A stretch of 62,288 nucleotides of DNA, filler included, from Bipalium vagum (taxonomy: Eukaryota), in NCBI GenBank assembly GCA_037834085.1. It is 3 parts of 3 records of this genome, joined end to end, with 100 filler letters (N's around TTAATTAATTAA, not from the genome) between each part and the next. Parts side by side here need not be neighbours in the genome. Positions count along the whole stretch, not along the records: positions 1 to 25,865 come from JBBMKC010170006.1; 2 more parts are not named here. One strand, given 5' to 3'. How positions within the stretch are numbered: position 1 is the stretch's first letter; each line of letters starts with the position of its first letter. Shown here in pieces: positions 1-11,729 of this stretch. The position numbers and the translations under genes are program-made. The notes beneath the pieces were generated by a model. It saw nothing but the letters and a program-made list of their open reading frames with translations. It made no database searches and was not told where the DNA came from.

Positions 1-69
1 GTGGTCGTCACCGTCATGGCTGCTTGCAATGAAGAAAAGATTGTCAGCTGCAAGACCATCACCAATTAA
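1..69 (+). CDS. EIF5A: Translation factor eIF5A, C-terminal end (partial)
   Basis: Frame 1 reads VVVTVMAACNEEKIVSCKTITN-TAA, matching the eIF5A C-terminal pattern (vTVlsAmgEE..i..K). An AT-rich 3' UTR with AATAAA follows. Confidence 0.8.
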   Translation: MVVTVMAACNEEKIVSCKTITN

Positions 70-2199
70 ATTCATTAATTAAAATAAATATGAGTGCTTA
101 ATTAATATTTTATTTTTATCTTCTTTGTTTTAATGTTTGTAATTTGGTTTCTTTTATTCAAAACAAAAATGTTGTGAGGTTTATTTCCAATCAAAAAGAT
201 AAATAAAAAGACCTCCGATTTCAGCGTTGATTAAGATTAAAGTAAGAGATCAAAATCATTTAAACTAAAATATCAAGTCAACTCTCACAATAAATGCAAA
301 GTGAATGAAAAATCAATTACAATGGTTTGAAATCAATTCCTTTTTGATTTGTATTTTGATAATAATAATTAAATGTTTGTTTGATTTAGAGTGATGTTCT
401 TTTTCTATTTCAAAAGAATTTTAAATTCTCTGTTATATTGATCAAATTATAATTAGACGTTTCATAATATCCAAATCTACCGATAAAATTAATAATAATA
501 ATAATAATAAATATTTTTACAGATTTATTTTTCAAAAGATTTCAAGAAAGCTTCATTAGACGAAGTTTAGTCAAAATATAAATATTTTTACTTTATTATT
601 TTATTTTAATTTTATCAAGTCTTTTTCTTTTCTTTCTGTTTTCTTAAATTATACTCCAAACAATTTAATATCGAATCTTATCTTTTTTTCCAACAGCAAA
701 TATTCAACTGTTTGTTTTGTTTCTTTGCGTTTCGGTTTTAGATTTTCTGTTTATTTTTTCATTTGGCATTTTCAAAATCTGTTTTAGTGCTATTTTTGCT
801 TTTTGAATATTTGTTTCAATCCCTGCAGCTCATTTTCCAGCAACAACCAATTTTTAAAAATTGCACATAATATTGAAAATAATAGAAAAATACGTTCACC
901 TTTTTTTAATGCCCCACCGAATTTGATGATATTAATTTTACATAAATATTTTTTACACCATTAAAATTTTTAGATTTTTATTTCCTATTTAAAAAAACTT
1001 TTTTTTCTAAAACTGCTTTTATTCAACCAGAATTGCTCAAACTTGAACAGCGGACTGGTATCGATTTGTGAATGTAAAATTGTTTCTGTCCAATTCTCAT
1101 TCCACTTTTACACAAAAATGGAAATAAAAACTAAGACGTGTGGTGAAAGTGATTTTTAATTATTTAAATAAAGAGTGAAACAGAATTTAAACAAACTGTC
1201 TTTAGTTGACCATGGAGAGTCATTTGGAATTAAAACCAAATATAAAAATGGTATAACAACAAAAGATGGAGAAGAACTATCAACATCTTTTAGTGATTTT
1301 TTCTCGTCTTATTTTTTTTTCTTTGTGAACTCTTCCTGACTGCCAACGGACTGAGGTTCAAGTGCAATTTCAAAAATGAAACTTTAGTAATTATTTGGAA
1401 TTAAATATACCGAAAATGGAGAAATAATTGGGGGGAATACTGTCAACGTACTTGTGTTTAAATAAGATGAATAAAGTAAGAGAGCGTCTCCATAAGCAAA
1501 GTAATGGTCACCATAAATGATCATCAAACACAAGGCCTTCTAAATAAAAAGAAAGAATAAGGGAAGAATCTTCACTGTTTTAATCACTTCGTGTCATATG
1601 GAAATCCAAATATGAAATAGGTACATTTAAGGGACTAGTTTGGCTTAGATGGATGAAATACTCTCAACGTAAAACCTTAGCTGGATTATTATTAATATAA
1701 CCGTAACATAATTACTAAGAAAACCGTAACAAAAAAAGATGTAAAATTGACAAATGAAAATGAAATGAATTTTAATAATTTTCGGCTACCACAACCACCA
1801 CACAAACTTATCCACTTAAAGGTTACTTTAGTTCATTGTTGATATTGTTCGTTAGAGCCAAACAGCAAGGGCTTGTTAATATTATTTTCATGGCAAAATT
1901 CAAGGTACAATCCTCCGTTAATCAACACGTTCATGAACAAGCGCTCAAAATATCAATAAAGTGCATCCTTAATGTTGTGCCAGAATACATGGGGTAAGCG
2001 AAACAAGACCTTACCATTTCCACTGCAGTTTTTTTTTCTAAAAAGTAATGAGTTTATACATGGCTATACACTGAATGGGAATGTAGTTTAACGCCTGTGA
2101 TTGGACAATTAGACTGTCATTCGGGACGTTGTTAGTTTAAAATCTGTTTCTGGAAAAAAATAAATAATAATAATAATAATAATAATAACAAAGCTTCAA

Positions 2200-2960
2200 T
2201 CTTGTAATTTTATTTTCCATAAAACTTGCCAGATATTCCAACGAGAGAGAGAATTGATATTCGGAAATCGTGTTTGATTCTGTCACGTTTTCATATTTTT
2301 GAACGCAATCCTGTCCAATGAATTCATATCTGGAGAGTAACGCGATTGCCTTGGACTCAATTTTTTCACAGAAGACTTATGTCATGACAGTCCTACGGGG
2401 ATTGCCATTATTGAAGAAAAGTTCTAAATATCAAACTCATTTCAAATCCAGGATCTTGTGAAAGAAATCCACATAACATCCAGCATTATTATAATAGATT
2501 GGTTACTCTCGAAAACTTAAAATCGGAAATCACCCCAGACATTGCTGATATTAATTATATGAAATTTCATCTCGAATATTTTCCTTCTGGTAATTTTTGG
2601 GAGATCACTCTCTGCGGCCACTCAGCACGAGTTGTCTTATTGAAAAGGTAGCGGATCGAAATACATCTATTTTTCGTCACCAACCACAATAAGAAGGTTC
2701 AGATTTATTATCAAGTTTTGTGCAAATTACACTGTCTCAAGTCTAGACATTGTGATTCTCTGCTGTTCAATGAGGAGCTCCCCTTGCATAGATGCACTTA
2801 ATTTCCTGTTTTTTAGACACAATTCGGTATACTGAAATAAAATCTCAGATCTGTAAGAGTAGGGACTTCTCTGATAAGACGTCTGACGTACAAGTAATGC
2901 TACTGAACTTTTCCACCTCTCGGAAAGCTGTTGAAGACGTCGTTTTCTTTAAATATTAAA
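2200..2960 (-). mobile_element. Decayed mariner transposase
   Basis: Minus-strand fragments IVVGDEK*MYF, VWGD and YSPDMNSLD match mariner IVTGDEKW, VWWD and YSPDL. Many stops. Confidence 0.75.
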
Positions 2961-3129
2961 TACCTTTACTGATACGACTTAAGAGGTGAGACTTAAAATT
3001 GTCACAGGTACATAGATATATGTTATGATAACGGAGAACGCTGATAAGTATCACTAAGCCAAATATAACGCGTGAGAACTGAACATCTGGACTAATTTAA
3101 TCTTTATCAAAAAGGTAACAGACAGCAAT

Positions 3130-3400
3130 TTTTTAATAAAATTCTATTTCACAGTATGGACCATGGTCTGGTGCAGGTCTCAACTTTGTAATTTTACCTC
3201 TGCAACCCTGTGGTACGTACGAAGTGTCTATTTTTCTAAGCAAAGTCGTATTCTTTATTTTAATTGTTCAAATTTTTTTGATCTCCAGTTATTTTAATAT
3301 ACAAGAGATTTAAGAAAACCAAAGAAATCTTCGATTGGACGACTTTGTGGAACATTTTTAGGATTGCGATCCTTAGGAACAAAAGGAGGAATGACATACA
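3130..3400 (-). mobile_element. Tc1-like transposase C-terminal fragment
   Basis: NPKNVPQSRPIEDFFGFLKSLVY matches the NPPNVPQ.RPIE.FW..LK..VY type of Tc1-superfamily DDE motif. Confidence 0.75.
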
Positions 3401-3419
3401 AAAAGAGGAATGACAACAT

Positions 3420-3720
3420 ATAACAAGCCTTGGATATTGGAATATTTAAATTATTCGAGGACAAATTATCGAGCATCATAAATTCCTGAAACAATTGCGA
3501 TTGTGTAGAATCCACAAGTGGTGGAAATCCAATACCACCAAATAATGAAAGAGTACGAAGTTGGATATCACATTTATGGAATCAAAGTTCAGATGAAAAT
3601 GGGAAAAGTCTTCCCATCCGACTTAGTGGTGAATTCAAAAAATGACCCCTTTGAAAACAAGGGTTTGTGGTGAGCAATGCTGTGAATTATGCAGAAAAGC
3701 TGCGATGATGGATTCAATGA
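3420..3720 (+). mobile_element. pogo-like DDE_1 transposase fragment
   Basis: *QALDIGIFKLFEDKL ... TSGGNPIPP..ERVRSWISHLW matches pogo LQPLDVG.NKPFKD ... P...V..WV..AW. Confidence 0.65.
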
Positions 3721-4144
3721 AGGTCAAATCGAAAGTATTGTACAACAAGGTTAAACATTGACTTTCATGAATACATTTCCTTGACTTTCTCGGTTATCAG
3801 TATCACTAAGCCAAACAGTATCAGAGAGCGCAACACGACACAGCTTTAATAGGATCATTGATCCCATTCGGTTCTTAACGTTGACTATAGAAAAATATTA
3901 CCTGAAAAAACTTTAAGAGGATGAAATTATGAAGTTGTCTTAGAAATGGCGGTTGGCGTGGACGAAAAATGTTTTAGTACAACTATCATTTACAAGACAT
4001 TCTTCACCAACCCCAAAGTATACTGCCAAGGAAAAGAGCAAGAGGACCGATGGTCCCCAACAGGACAATGATAATTACACCCATAAATAAAATTTTCACA
4101 GATAAAGACACTTTTTTTCGACTGTCCAATTCAAAAGTTACATT

Positions 4145-5033
4145 TCACATTGAAATGGTTTTTTTGCAGATGTTTTCTTGCTGGAACCAGTCGATGGAGC
4201 CCTTTCTCGAGGTTATGGAAATTCCGAAAAGGTTTGCTAAGGCCTGAGTCTCTTTGTTTGGCTTTCCACCCCAAAATGTTCCTGAAATGATAAAGTGCCA
4301 TTTATTGACTTTTATTTGTTCAATCAGAATCTTCAAATCAAATTGATCCGTGGTCAAAATGCCGAAAACAAGACCCCTTTTCCCAATGTCATTGGAGTAA
4401 CTTTTAATGCTTCGGTAAAAATCTAAATAGTGTGTACAAGCTCCTGTGATTAAAAACGTGACCAGATTGTTTGCCAAGACGAAATAATGAAGGGTTTTAT
4501 TATTGAAATGGGACACGAATTCCCATTTTGGCAAAACAACCATTCTGCTGTTTAAGTAAGACCCCTCTGCGACAATGATGTTGTTTTTGCTGTCAATTTT
4601 TATGGCATTCGATTTACCACCCTTCAAAATTTCATAGACCGATGCAGGCCCACGACTCATGCTAATGTTGACATTCTTCAATATTTGGTAACGAGGTCTA
4701 CTGACCCCTGCGTTTAACTAAAACAATAAAATATACTATAAAATAAGATATAACGTTAACCTTTCCCTTAAATCGATTATTGACAAATATATTGACTTGA
4801 CCGCACTCAGTATTGAATTGACATATATCAAGATAGGCAAACAGAGAACATTTCCAACCCCTGGAATCGTATATGAAAGCCTTGCACCTGACAGACTCAC
4901 ATGCAAGAGCACATGTGATGGAGTTGGGTAATATAATGTTGGTCAAGCTTTGGGATGCACAGGACTGAATTTTCTCATAGTGAACGTTGCCCTTGACATT
5001 CGTTATTAAAACCGTAATTGCGACGAGAAGCAT
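4145..5033 (-). CDS. Secreted protein: signal peptide + PAN/apple domain + TCAF N-terminal-like domain, copy 1 (exons 5033-4761 and 4717-4145, 281 aa)
   Basis: Hydrophobic start MLLVAITVLITNVKG; PAN cysteine pattern CALAC..V.CKAFIY....WKC.L; 43-nt phase-0 GT..AG intron at 4718-4760 joins two open frames; same structure in the paralog at 11730-12640. Confidence 0.85.
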
Positions 5034-5149
5034 TTTCGAAAAGTGTTCTGCAAAAATGAAAATGCATTGCATCATGTCGTTATTTATGAGATACAAAGAG
5101 GAGAATAGAGCTGAAGAAGAACAAGTACGGCAACAAATTTCCATATTGT

Positions 5150-5680
5150 TGACAAGGGTGTCTGTTGTTTTGGGTATGAATAAACAAAGAGAGTCTGCGT
5201 TCCTCAGACCGATTTCCAAACAATATTTGATGAAATGCTTTTATTTGTGAAGACAAAAGATTCGTTCTCATCGGTTCCTCTCACAATTGCTCTGGTAGAC
5301 AAAACTTTTTTCATCTACGGCTGTATCAGAGGGCGAATGCGGCGTTTCTGTCTCCGTCATTGTCTTAGAGTGAGACATGATTCCTTCGGAGGAAAAATAT
5401 ATTTTGCAGCTGATTCTCAGAAAAATAAAAGTTTACAATTAATGAGGAAACAGTAAACGATTCTTGTTCCATTCCACAAAATGAGACTTGCTTACCATTT
5501 TCCAGGGTAGCACTTGTGTTACCTTCTCCTTTAGAAAAATAGCCGTCACCGATCATGTTTCACTTTCACGTAACAACTTCTCTCTGAAGAGACTTTCATT
5601 ATTGAGTTCCCAATATTTCTCAACGAATAGGTTCAGGTCGTACATATCTTTGGAAACAATGCCTGGAGGAGGGTAAGCAT
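5150..5680 (+). pseudogene. Divergently oriented PAN-like pseudogene (homologous to minus strand ~11290-11610)
   Basis: Across frameshifts reads CEDKRFVLIGSSHNCSGRQ..SSTAVSEGECG./FCLRHC, followed by a GTGAG donor. Confidence 0.35.
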
Positions 5681-5689
5681 ATCAGTATG

Positions 5690-6400
5690 AAAAACTTTCG
5701 ATTTCCTAAATCTTATTGCTGATACTGTTAAACTCTGCCCTCCTGTGAATAAAAAGATTTATAACGGTGGTTTGAGTGACTTTGGCTTCAAATTTATTCA
5801 TAAAGCTGGTTCAAAGTCGCTTCCTATCAATGTAAGACCGTGGAATAAATGTAAAGATTCTCGTGTCTGCAGACGCTGTCACTTTTCTGACGAATCAATG
5901 ACGCATGTATTGCAAAGTTGTTTTCCGAACATGTCATTTTGTACAGATCGTCATAATGTTTGTTTAGAGGAAATTGCTGATGCACTGATATTATTGTGGT
6001 CATGGACAAGAAATGTGAGCTCTTGAGAAATTGCAACGAACGTGTTGATCTTTTGATCACACATGTTGAGAAAAAATGATTTTTCTCATTGATGTCAAAT
6101 GTCCGATGGATATCCTGGAAACTTTCAGGAATTCAGATGAATTCAATTTACCTAAATACGCAGATCTTCGTAATCGATTTCAAGTATTGAAGCCTGATTA
6201 TAAAGTTGTACTGCATACATGCATAATTGGGTCCCTAGGAACAGTACCGACAAAACAGTTGATGTTTTGGAGAAGATCGGTGTACGGATGTCAAAAATTG
6301 GTCCACTTCTCAAGGAATGTGCAACATAAAATATTACATAATCGATAAAGATTTGCTAGTGCCATGTTACAGGAATACTGAGATCTATTTAGACCTATGA
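5690..6400 (+). mobile_element. Decayed 3' end of a REL-endonuclease non-LTR retrotransposon (R2/R4/NeSL-type)
   Basis: CCHC knuckle CRRCHFSDESMTHVLQSC, then RHN, RVDLLI, LIDVKCP, KY and IIGSLG; frameshifted. Confidence 0.9.
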
Positions 6401-6499
6401 TATTCCCCGATGTCAACAAAGCTGGGCGAAGAAGGCTAAAGCAAAATTCTACTAAAGCTGAAGAGCTCAGGTGACAAATATCCATGCAGATCTACGTTG

Positions 6500-6650
6500 T
6501 CCTGAAGAAATAAACTCAAAATAAACTAGAATCAGCATGAAAATTTTAGCCAATAGAATTAAAGCAAAAAATTATAAGCTTTATTCAAAATAAATATGCA
6601 CAAAGCAAGCATGTCATATCTTAGGAACGGAAACTTATGAATTACCCTAA
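6500..6650 (-). mobile_element. Mariner 5' end / TIR fragment
   Basis: Aligns by eye with the terminus at 24490-24622 (gaatcagc..., gaattaaagcaaaaa..., aaatatgcacaaa, ttaccct). Confidence 0.6.
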
Positions 6651-7029
6651 TTTACAAAGTTTCGGTTTAGTAGCTTTACAACTTTAAAATAACCTAAGGC
6701 TTTGACTATTTAGTTTTGTTTGGCTGAACTGTTGCCAGATGAAGATTGTTATATACTGGTAATATTTAAAATTTTAATATGTATTTACTTTTATTTTAGA
6801 GTATGCATCGATTTTTCGTGAGTGAGAATTGAAGAGCGAGTCAAAATTGTACAATTGAAATATAAATATAAATTTAACAATCCTTATCTGACATTGGAGA
6901 GTTCGTCTTGTGTCATGATCACAGCTTCTGCTTGTGTCGTAGCTAGATTGGATTCTATTTCTTCTCCGAAAATGTGACATGTACAAATTACTTGAAAATG
7001 TTGAAAACTTATTCTTTGTATGTTTTTAA

Positions 7030-7330
7030 TCAATTACATCAACTTTCCCCAATGCTCTTTATATGTGATGACTCTCTTGCACATCACGGACGAAGAAGCT
7101 CAAGAATGGATATAGAAAAATTTTCTTAGAAAGAGGATTTAAAGAAGAGCGGCCATTGATTGGTCACAGAGATGACAGGACCTTATCCATGGACCTTTTG
7201 TGTGTTGTGCAGAGTTTATTCAAAACCAATTCCTTCATTGCAGGATTTAAAACAATAAATCATGGATGGACTTGCAAATATGCAAAACAAATTCTGTAAA
7301 AATTTTGCTTCTTTGTTCCTTTTACTAATC
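7030..7330 (+). mobile_element. Tc1/mariner transposase fragment
   Basis: RRAAIDWSQR*QDL resembles GR.G..WPPRSPDL. Confidence 0.5.
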
Positions 7331-8269
7331 TGGAATTTATAGTATCTGAAGTTCTTGATACCATTTTAATATTTATTCTGATGATATGGCGGAGTAGATT
7401 TTCCGTGTGTTCGTATATGTCAAAAAATTGCTTCTCAAGACTGTAGGACTACCCTGTCCTGAAGAATCTAATGTTGTTTTCCGATCAAAATTGATAATAT
7501 TTCGTCAATATTTCACTCAAACATGTTAGAAAGAATAATCTTGAGAACAACACCCCTCCATAGCAGTGAGCGTATAAAAGCGAGCGGTGTTTGCTGCAGG
7601 TTGTGATTTCATCAACGATGCGACTTCAATTTTAATGAAATTAACCTCAAATACCTGCCTGGAGACTAAAGACAGACCCAGTGATTGATCGAAACTAAGA
7701 CCAGTCCGAAGTAAAACGGTTTTTTAATTAAAGGCTTACACAAAAATTCAATAAATTGGTCGTCACTAAACTTCGTTCATATTAAAGTGCAATTTCACAA
7801 TTATCTCGGATGAAGTTTATTATTTACCTTTTGTTTTTTTAAAGTTTTCCAAGCATTTTCAAGACAGTACCGCTGATGTGGTTCGACAAAACGATGATAT
7901 AAATGCGTTGCTGTCATTGGGGACGCTCGAAGGAGAAAATGTAAGTTTTGATTATTAAATCAATATTGTTTTGGTTTGAAAACTCTCGGCCTTTTTTGAA
8001 GACCGCTATAATTTTCTTTTATTTTTTTCAGTGTGAGAATTTTAATTCTTAAAAATTTGGACTTTTTTGGTCTCAAAAGAGAAAAGAAATTTTATTACGA
8101 AAAATAGAACCGGAAAAATCAATTTTGATTAATTTGTTCTTTTCTTATTAATTAATAAAATTCTTTGGTAAAGTTTTCCGACATAATTCACTTTTATCGC
8201 ACTTGTTTTAATATTCCAATTAATTCAACTTCGAACGGCGCTCGTTTGATCGAACTATCTTTGTTTTAG

Positions 8270-8476
8270 ATCGCCAAACTTCGCACGGCAGTCCAGTCGA
8301 TCCCCGGAGAGTCCGTTTTTGGCAAGTACCGATTCCTGCCACTCTTCTTCGCGCTGGGGGCTCTCATCGAGTTCAGCATGATCAAGCTGACGGTGAACGG
8401 CGTCAACTTTTACTCGACCTACAAACGGCGCCACGGGATAAGTGTGCCCGAAGGAGAACACGACGATTTGACTTGA
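8270..8476 (+). CDS. SMIM4: SMIM4/UQCC5 (complex III assembly factor, sloth1-like), copy 1 coding exon; start codon not located
   Basis: IAKLRTAVQSIPGESVFGKYRFLPLFFALGALIEFSMIKLTVNGVNFYSTYKRR...-TGA matches SMIM4 (PG..FG.YRFLP.FF.LG..E..MIK.....FY..Y.R). Begins right after the acceptor ttgttttAG. Confidence 0.9.
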   Translation: MAKLRTAVQSIPGESVFGKYRFLPLFFALGALIEFSMIKLTVNGVNFYSTYKRRHGISVPEGEHDDLT

Positions 8477-9252
8477 TTGTGTGGTGAAAATAAATGTTTG
8501 TTTGGTTTTTGAGAGGATTTTTCTCGTTGGATATTTCTTTAGAAGAGAGCAGTGGTATCTCTTAGATAGAAACACTGCGGCTGCGTAAAAATGAGTAAAA
8601 TGTCGTCGGTGCCATGGCCACATTCTCCCGGTTATGAATTATGTGTCACTTCTGAGCCCTGGTGGTTAAGATCAGGACAAGAAGAGGAACTCTTTTTTTA
8701 TCGTCGCTGAGGTCCGGTGAATAAACCAAGCAATGAAGACACCTCGGCCATACTTCCCTGTCTTCGTTGCCGTCGTTGATTGACCATTTCCCAATCTCAT
8801 TATTGGATTATCTTAAAGGAAGACCGTTCCGTTTTTTTGTGCAAACACGGTGCAAAGGGTTGGTGGAATCAATAGTTACCAGGAACACGTTGTCCAAGTT
8901 TATTTCGTTAGATTATCGACCCCTTTTGTAATGTTTGTTACGACCTTACGTCACAAAGGTATTTTATTATTGACGGAGATGAAGCGTTCCTACTACCAAG
9001 GTAAAAGTCTTCAGGAGCCTCCATCATCCTTCACCTCAATCCTTGACACATTTACCTGTGGTGATGACTGTTTCAAAGTGTCTGGAGCTCGTTGTTCTGG
9101 GAAGTACTTCTCAGTGAATTTTCCAGTGCTTAGACTTGGAAGTGACGAAGTGTCTTTGAGGACAGAGAGGGCCCAGTTGACGTTGTGGTTCGATCGATGG
9201 CAATTGTCTTCGGCCTGTCCGCATGAGTCTTCGCTGCTGTCTTTGTTACACC

Positions 9253-9490
9253 GCCAATTGGCCGGAGAACGCAGCTCAATTTCCGGGGATAAAATGCTCT
9301 GGTCTTAACTGATTGCTTTCCTTTTATATCTCATCGATTTACCCTGCACCCTTTTCGCATAATTCCAAATTATTTTCATTAGCTGTTGACTGTCATTTGG
9401 GACACTCAAGATCGTCTTAAAATTCACTGTCATTTATCACAAGGGTAGGAAGCACTCTTAAACGGATTTTAGAACCGAAATCTCCGAATT
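9253..9490. repeat. ~240-bp dispersed repeat; inverted copy at 13086-13325
   Basis: The reverse complement aligns colinearly with 13086-13325 (aattcggagattt, gagtgcttccta, cagtgaattttaagacga, gagatataaaag, ctccggcc). Confidence 0.85.
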
Positions 9491-9779
9491 GACATTGTTA
9501 CCCTACCCCTAAAATTGAATCCGTGGACATTGTTTTAAAATGTCGAGGATCAGATAATGAGGGTCGCATAAAAGTCGTGGCTATTTGAAAGCGAAACAGT
9601 TCACTCTTACCGAAGGATATTGAACCAGCTTTTATTGATTATAAAATGGTTTCATTCTTAAGTGATGAATACCGTTGGCTCATTTTATAAGGATTCATTT
9701 TTCAAGATAAGCACTTTTCGTGATGGAGTCGTCAATCGGAGTTTCCAGGAAACCAATTTAGTATGGTCTCAATGAAAAG

Positions 9780-10550
9780 GGAGGTATTGACCACTCATCT
9801 GTTGCTCCCAAAATCCTTATTTGTTTTGGATCTCACCTAAAACATGGAAAACCAAGAAAATCATGTGAACGATTCACTGATGTCGTTCTCTGTGAATATC
9901 TACGGACCATTTTTTCTTTTTTGAAAGAATGCTCTGAGTACTGCACTCAATTCGAGGGGTAAGTGTGGATGGTATGTTGGTACTGACCAGTGACCATCTT
10001 TATGAGTCATGAAAATTTTTCGTTTTACACTGCTATGAAAACTGGGTACACTGAGCTCGGGATTTTGCTGCTTCTTTCCCTTATGTCAAGACGAGATCGA
10101 ATTTGATTGGATCAAAACAATCACAATGGAACATTATCTGATCAATACAACAGTACTCAATCAAAACAAAAGTCCAAAAGAAAAGACATTTAGCAAGTGA
10201 TCACAGTGAATCAGTCGATCACAACTCCAATCACAAATGAAATAAATAATCAAAAAATATGAAACTGTTAATCGCTTTGATGGCGATGGGTCCTCAGGTC
10301 GTTGGATGAGCCCAACCGGTTCGCTCATAAACGTGCAGATCCCATCGTTGGTCCTGTCGCATAGCAATCAGCAATTTAATCTAAAGACCTCCAAAATAGT
10401 TTCCAAATCTGAAAATTTCTGGCAGTCCATTTCCATTACCTTTTATAATGGTCAAATGACTATTCAGTCGTCGACCAATATTCTTATCAAAGAACGTTCA
10501 TTCTCTTTTTAGACGTAAGTTACTAAATCAATCTAGATTGCGGACCTGGC
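9780..10550 (+). pseudogene. Decayed PAN-like / Ser-Thr-Asn-rich secreted-protein paralog
   Basis: ECSEYCTQFEG followed by a GTAAGT..CAG mini-intron, a low-complexity linker and an open 3' frame (10306-10512). Shares words with minus strand 10760-11150. Confidence 0.35.
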
Positions 10551-11729
10551 AAATTCCATAACCTCACATTCAAAGTCTTGGAAGTAGTGCTTGGTTACCA
10601 ATAGGTCGGTAGAAATCTGAGTGCGCCCTTCTTTCTCTCATTCCTCTAGTTAAGAGTCTAGTGCAAAGTAACTCGCACAGTTTGATGATTGATTCAAACA
10701 CGTTAACTCATATCACCAATGAAACAATGCATGATGATAATAAGAGTCAAATGAGAGTTAACGATGGGTCTTAAGGGATTTGGTCGTTTATCTACAAGCC
10801 GGTTGGGCTTTTCTAACATCTCAAGGACCGATTGCCAACAAGTGTTGAGCTGATGATTGTTTTACTAAGTTATTTTTCTTTGTGTTTATTGCAAAAAAAG
10901 AATAAAAAGGCATCTTGAAATATCTGTGATCAACAAATAATCATTTGGTCGGTTTCATTGATTATTTGTTATCATTGATTATTGGTTTACATTTTCTTGA
11001 TTGTTATTTTGTTTGATCGATTGACCTTTTCTTTGATTAATTGGGTTTAGAACAGTCAATCGTTAACTCGAATCATTCATTGATTTTCACTGTGTACCAT
11101 TGTGGTGATTGAATAAAGATTTAAATGTGATCATTTTGATTCCATTCTCTTTGAATAGGTTATTAAGTAAAGTTAAACAGTCAGTAAAACTTGGGCCTAA
11201 AAGTTACAAACATTCTCATAATAGTAACGTGTAACAAGACGATATCATAAATGTATATTGTTCACATTCACACAAAGGTATGTTTAGTCTCATTTTGCGC
11301 AGAGGAAGCGGAATTGTTCGCTGTTTCTCTCTAAAATAAAAACTTTCATTTTCTCAGACAAGAGACTGCAGATAAAAGGTCTCATTTCTCACTCTAGGAC
11401 AATGACGGAGACAGAAACGCCGCATTCGCCCTCTGATACAGTCGTAGGTGAAAAAAGTTTTTGTCTACCAGAGCAATTGTGAGAGGAACCGATGAGAACG
11501 AATCTTTTGTCTTCACAAATAAAAGCATTTCATCAAATATTGTTTGGAAATCGGTCTGAGTAACGCAGACTCCCTTTGCTTATTCATACCCAAGACAACA
11601 GACACCCTTGTCAAGAATATGGAGATTTGTTGCCGTACTTGCTCTTCTCCAGTTCTATTCTCCTCTTTGTCTCTCATAAATAACGACATGATGCAATGCA
11701 TTTTCATTTTTCCAGAGCACTTTTCGAAA

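Noticed and set aside
4987-5250. Antisense ORF kept open in both duplicates (also 11513-11776)
   Set aside because: Expected from high nucleotide identity; TTG start and no recognisable domain.
8477-8810. Bicistronic sloth2/BRAWNIN (UQCC6) downstream of SMIM4
   Set aside because: No MPAGV...AGA.VVH..Y.PDL-like frame was found in either copy.
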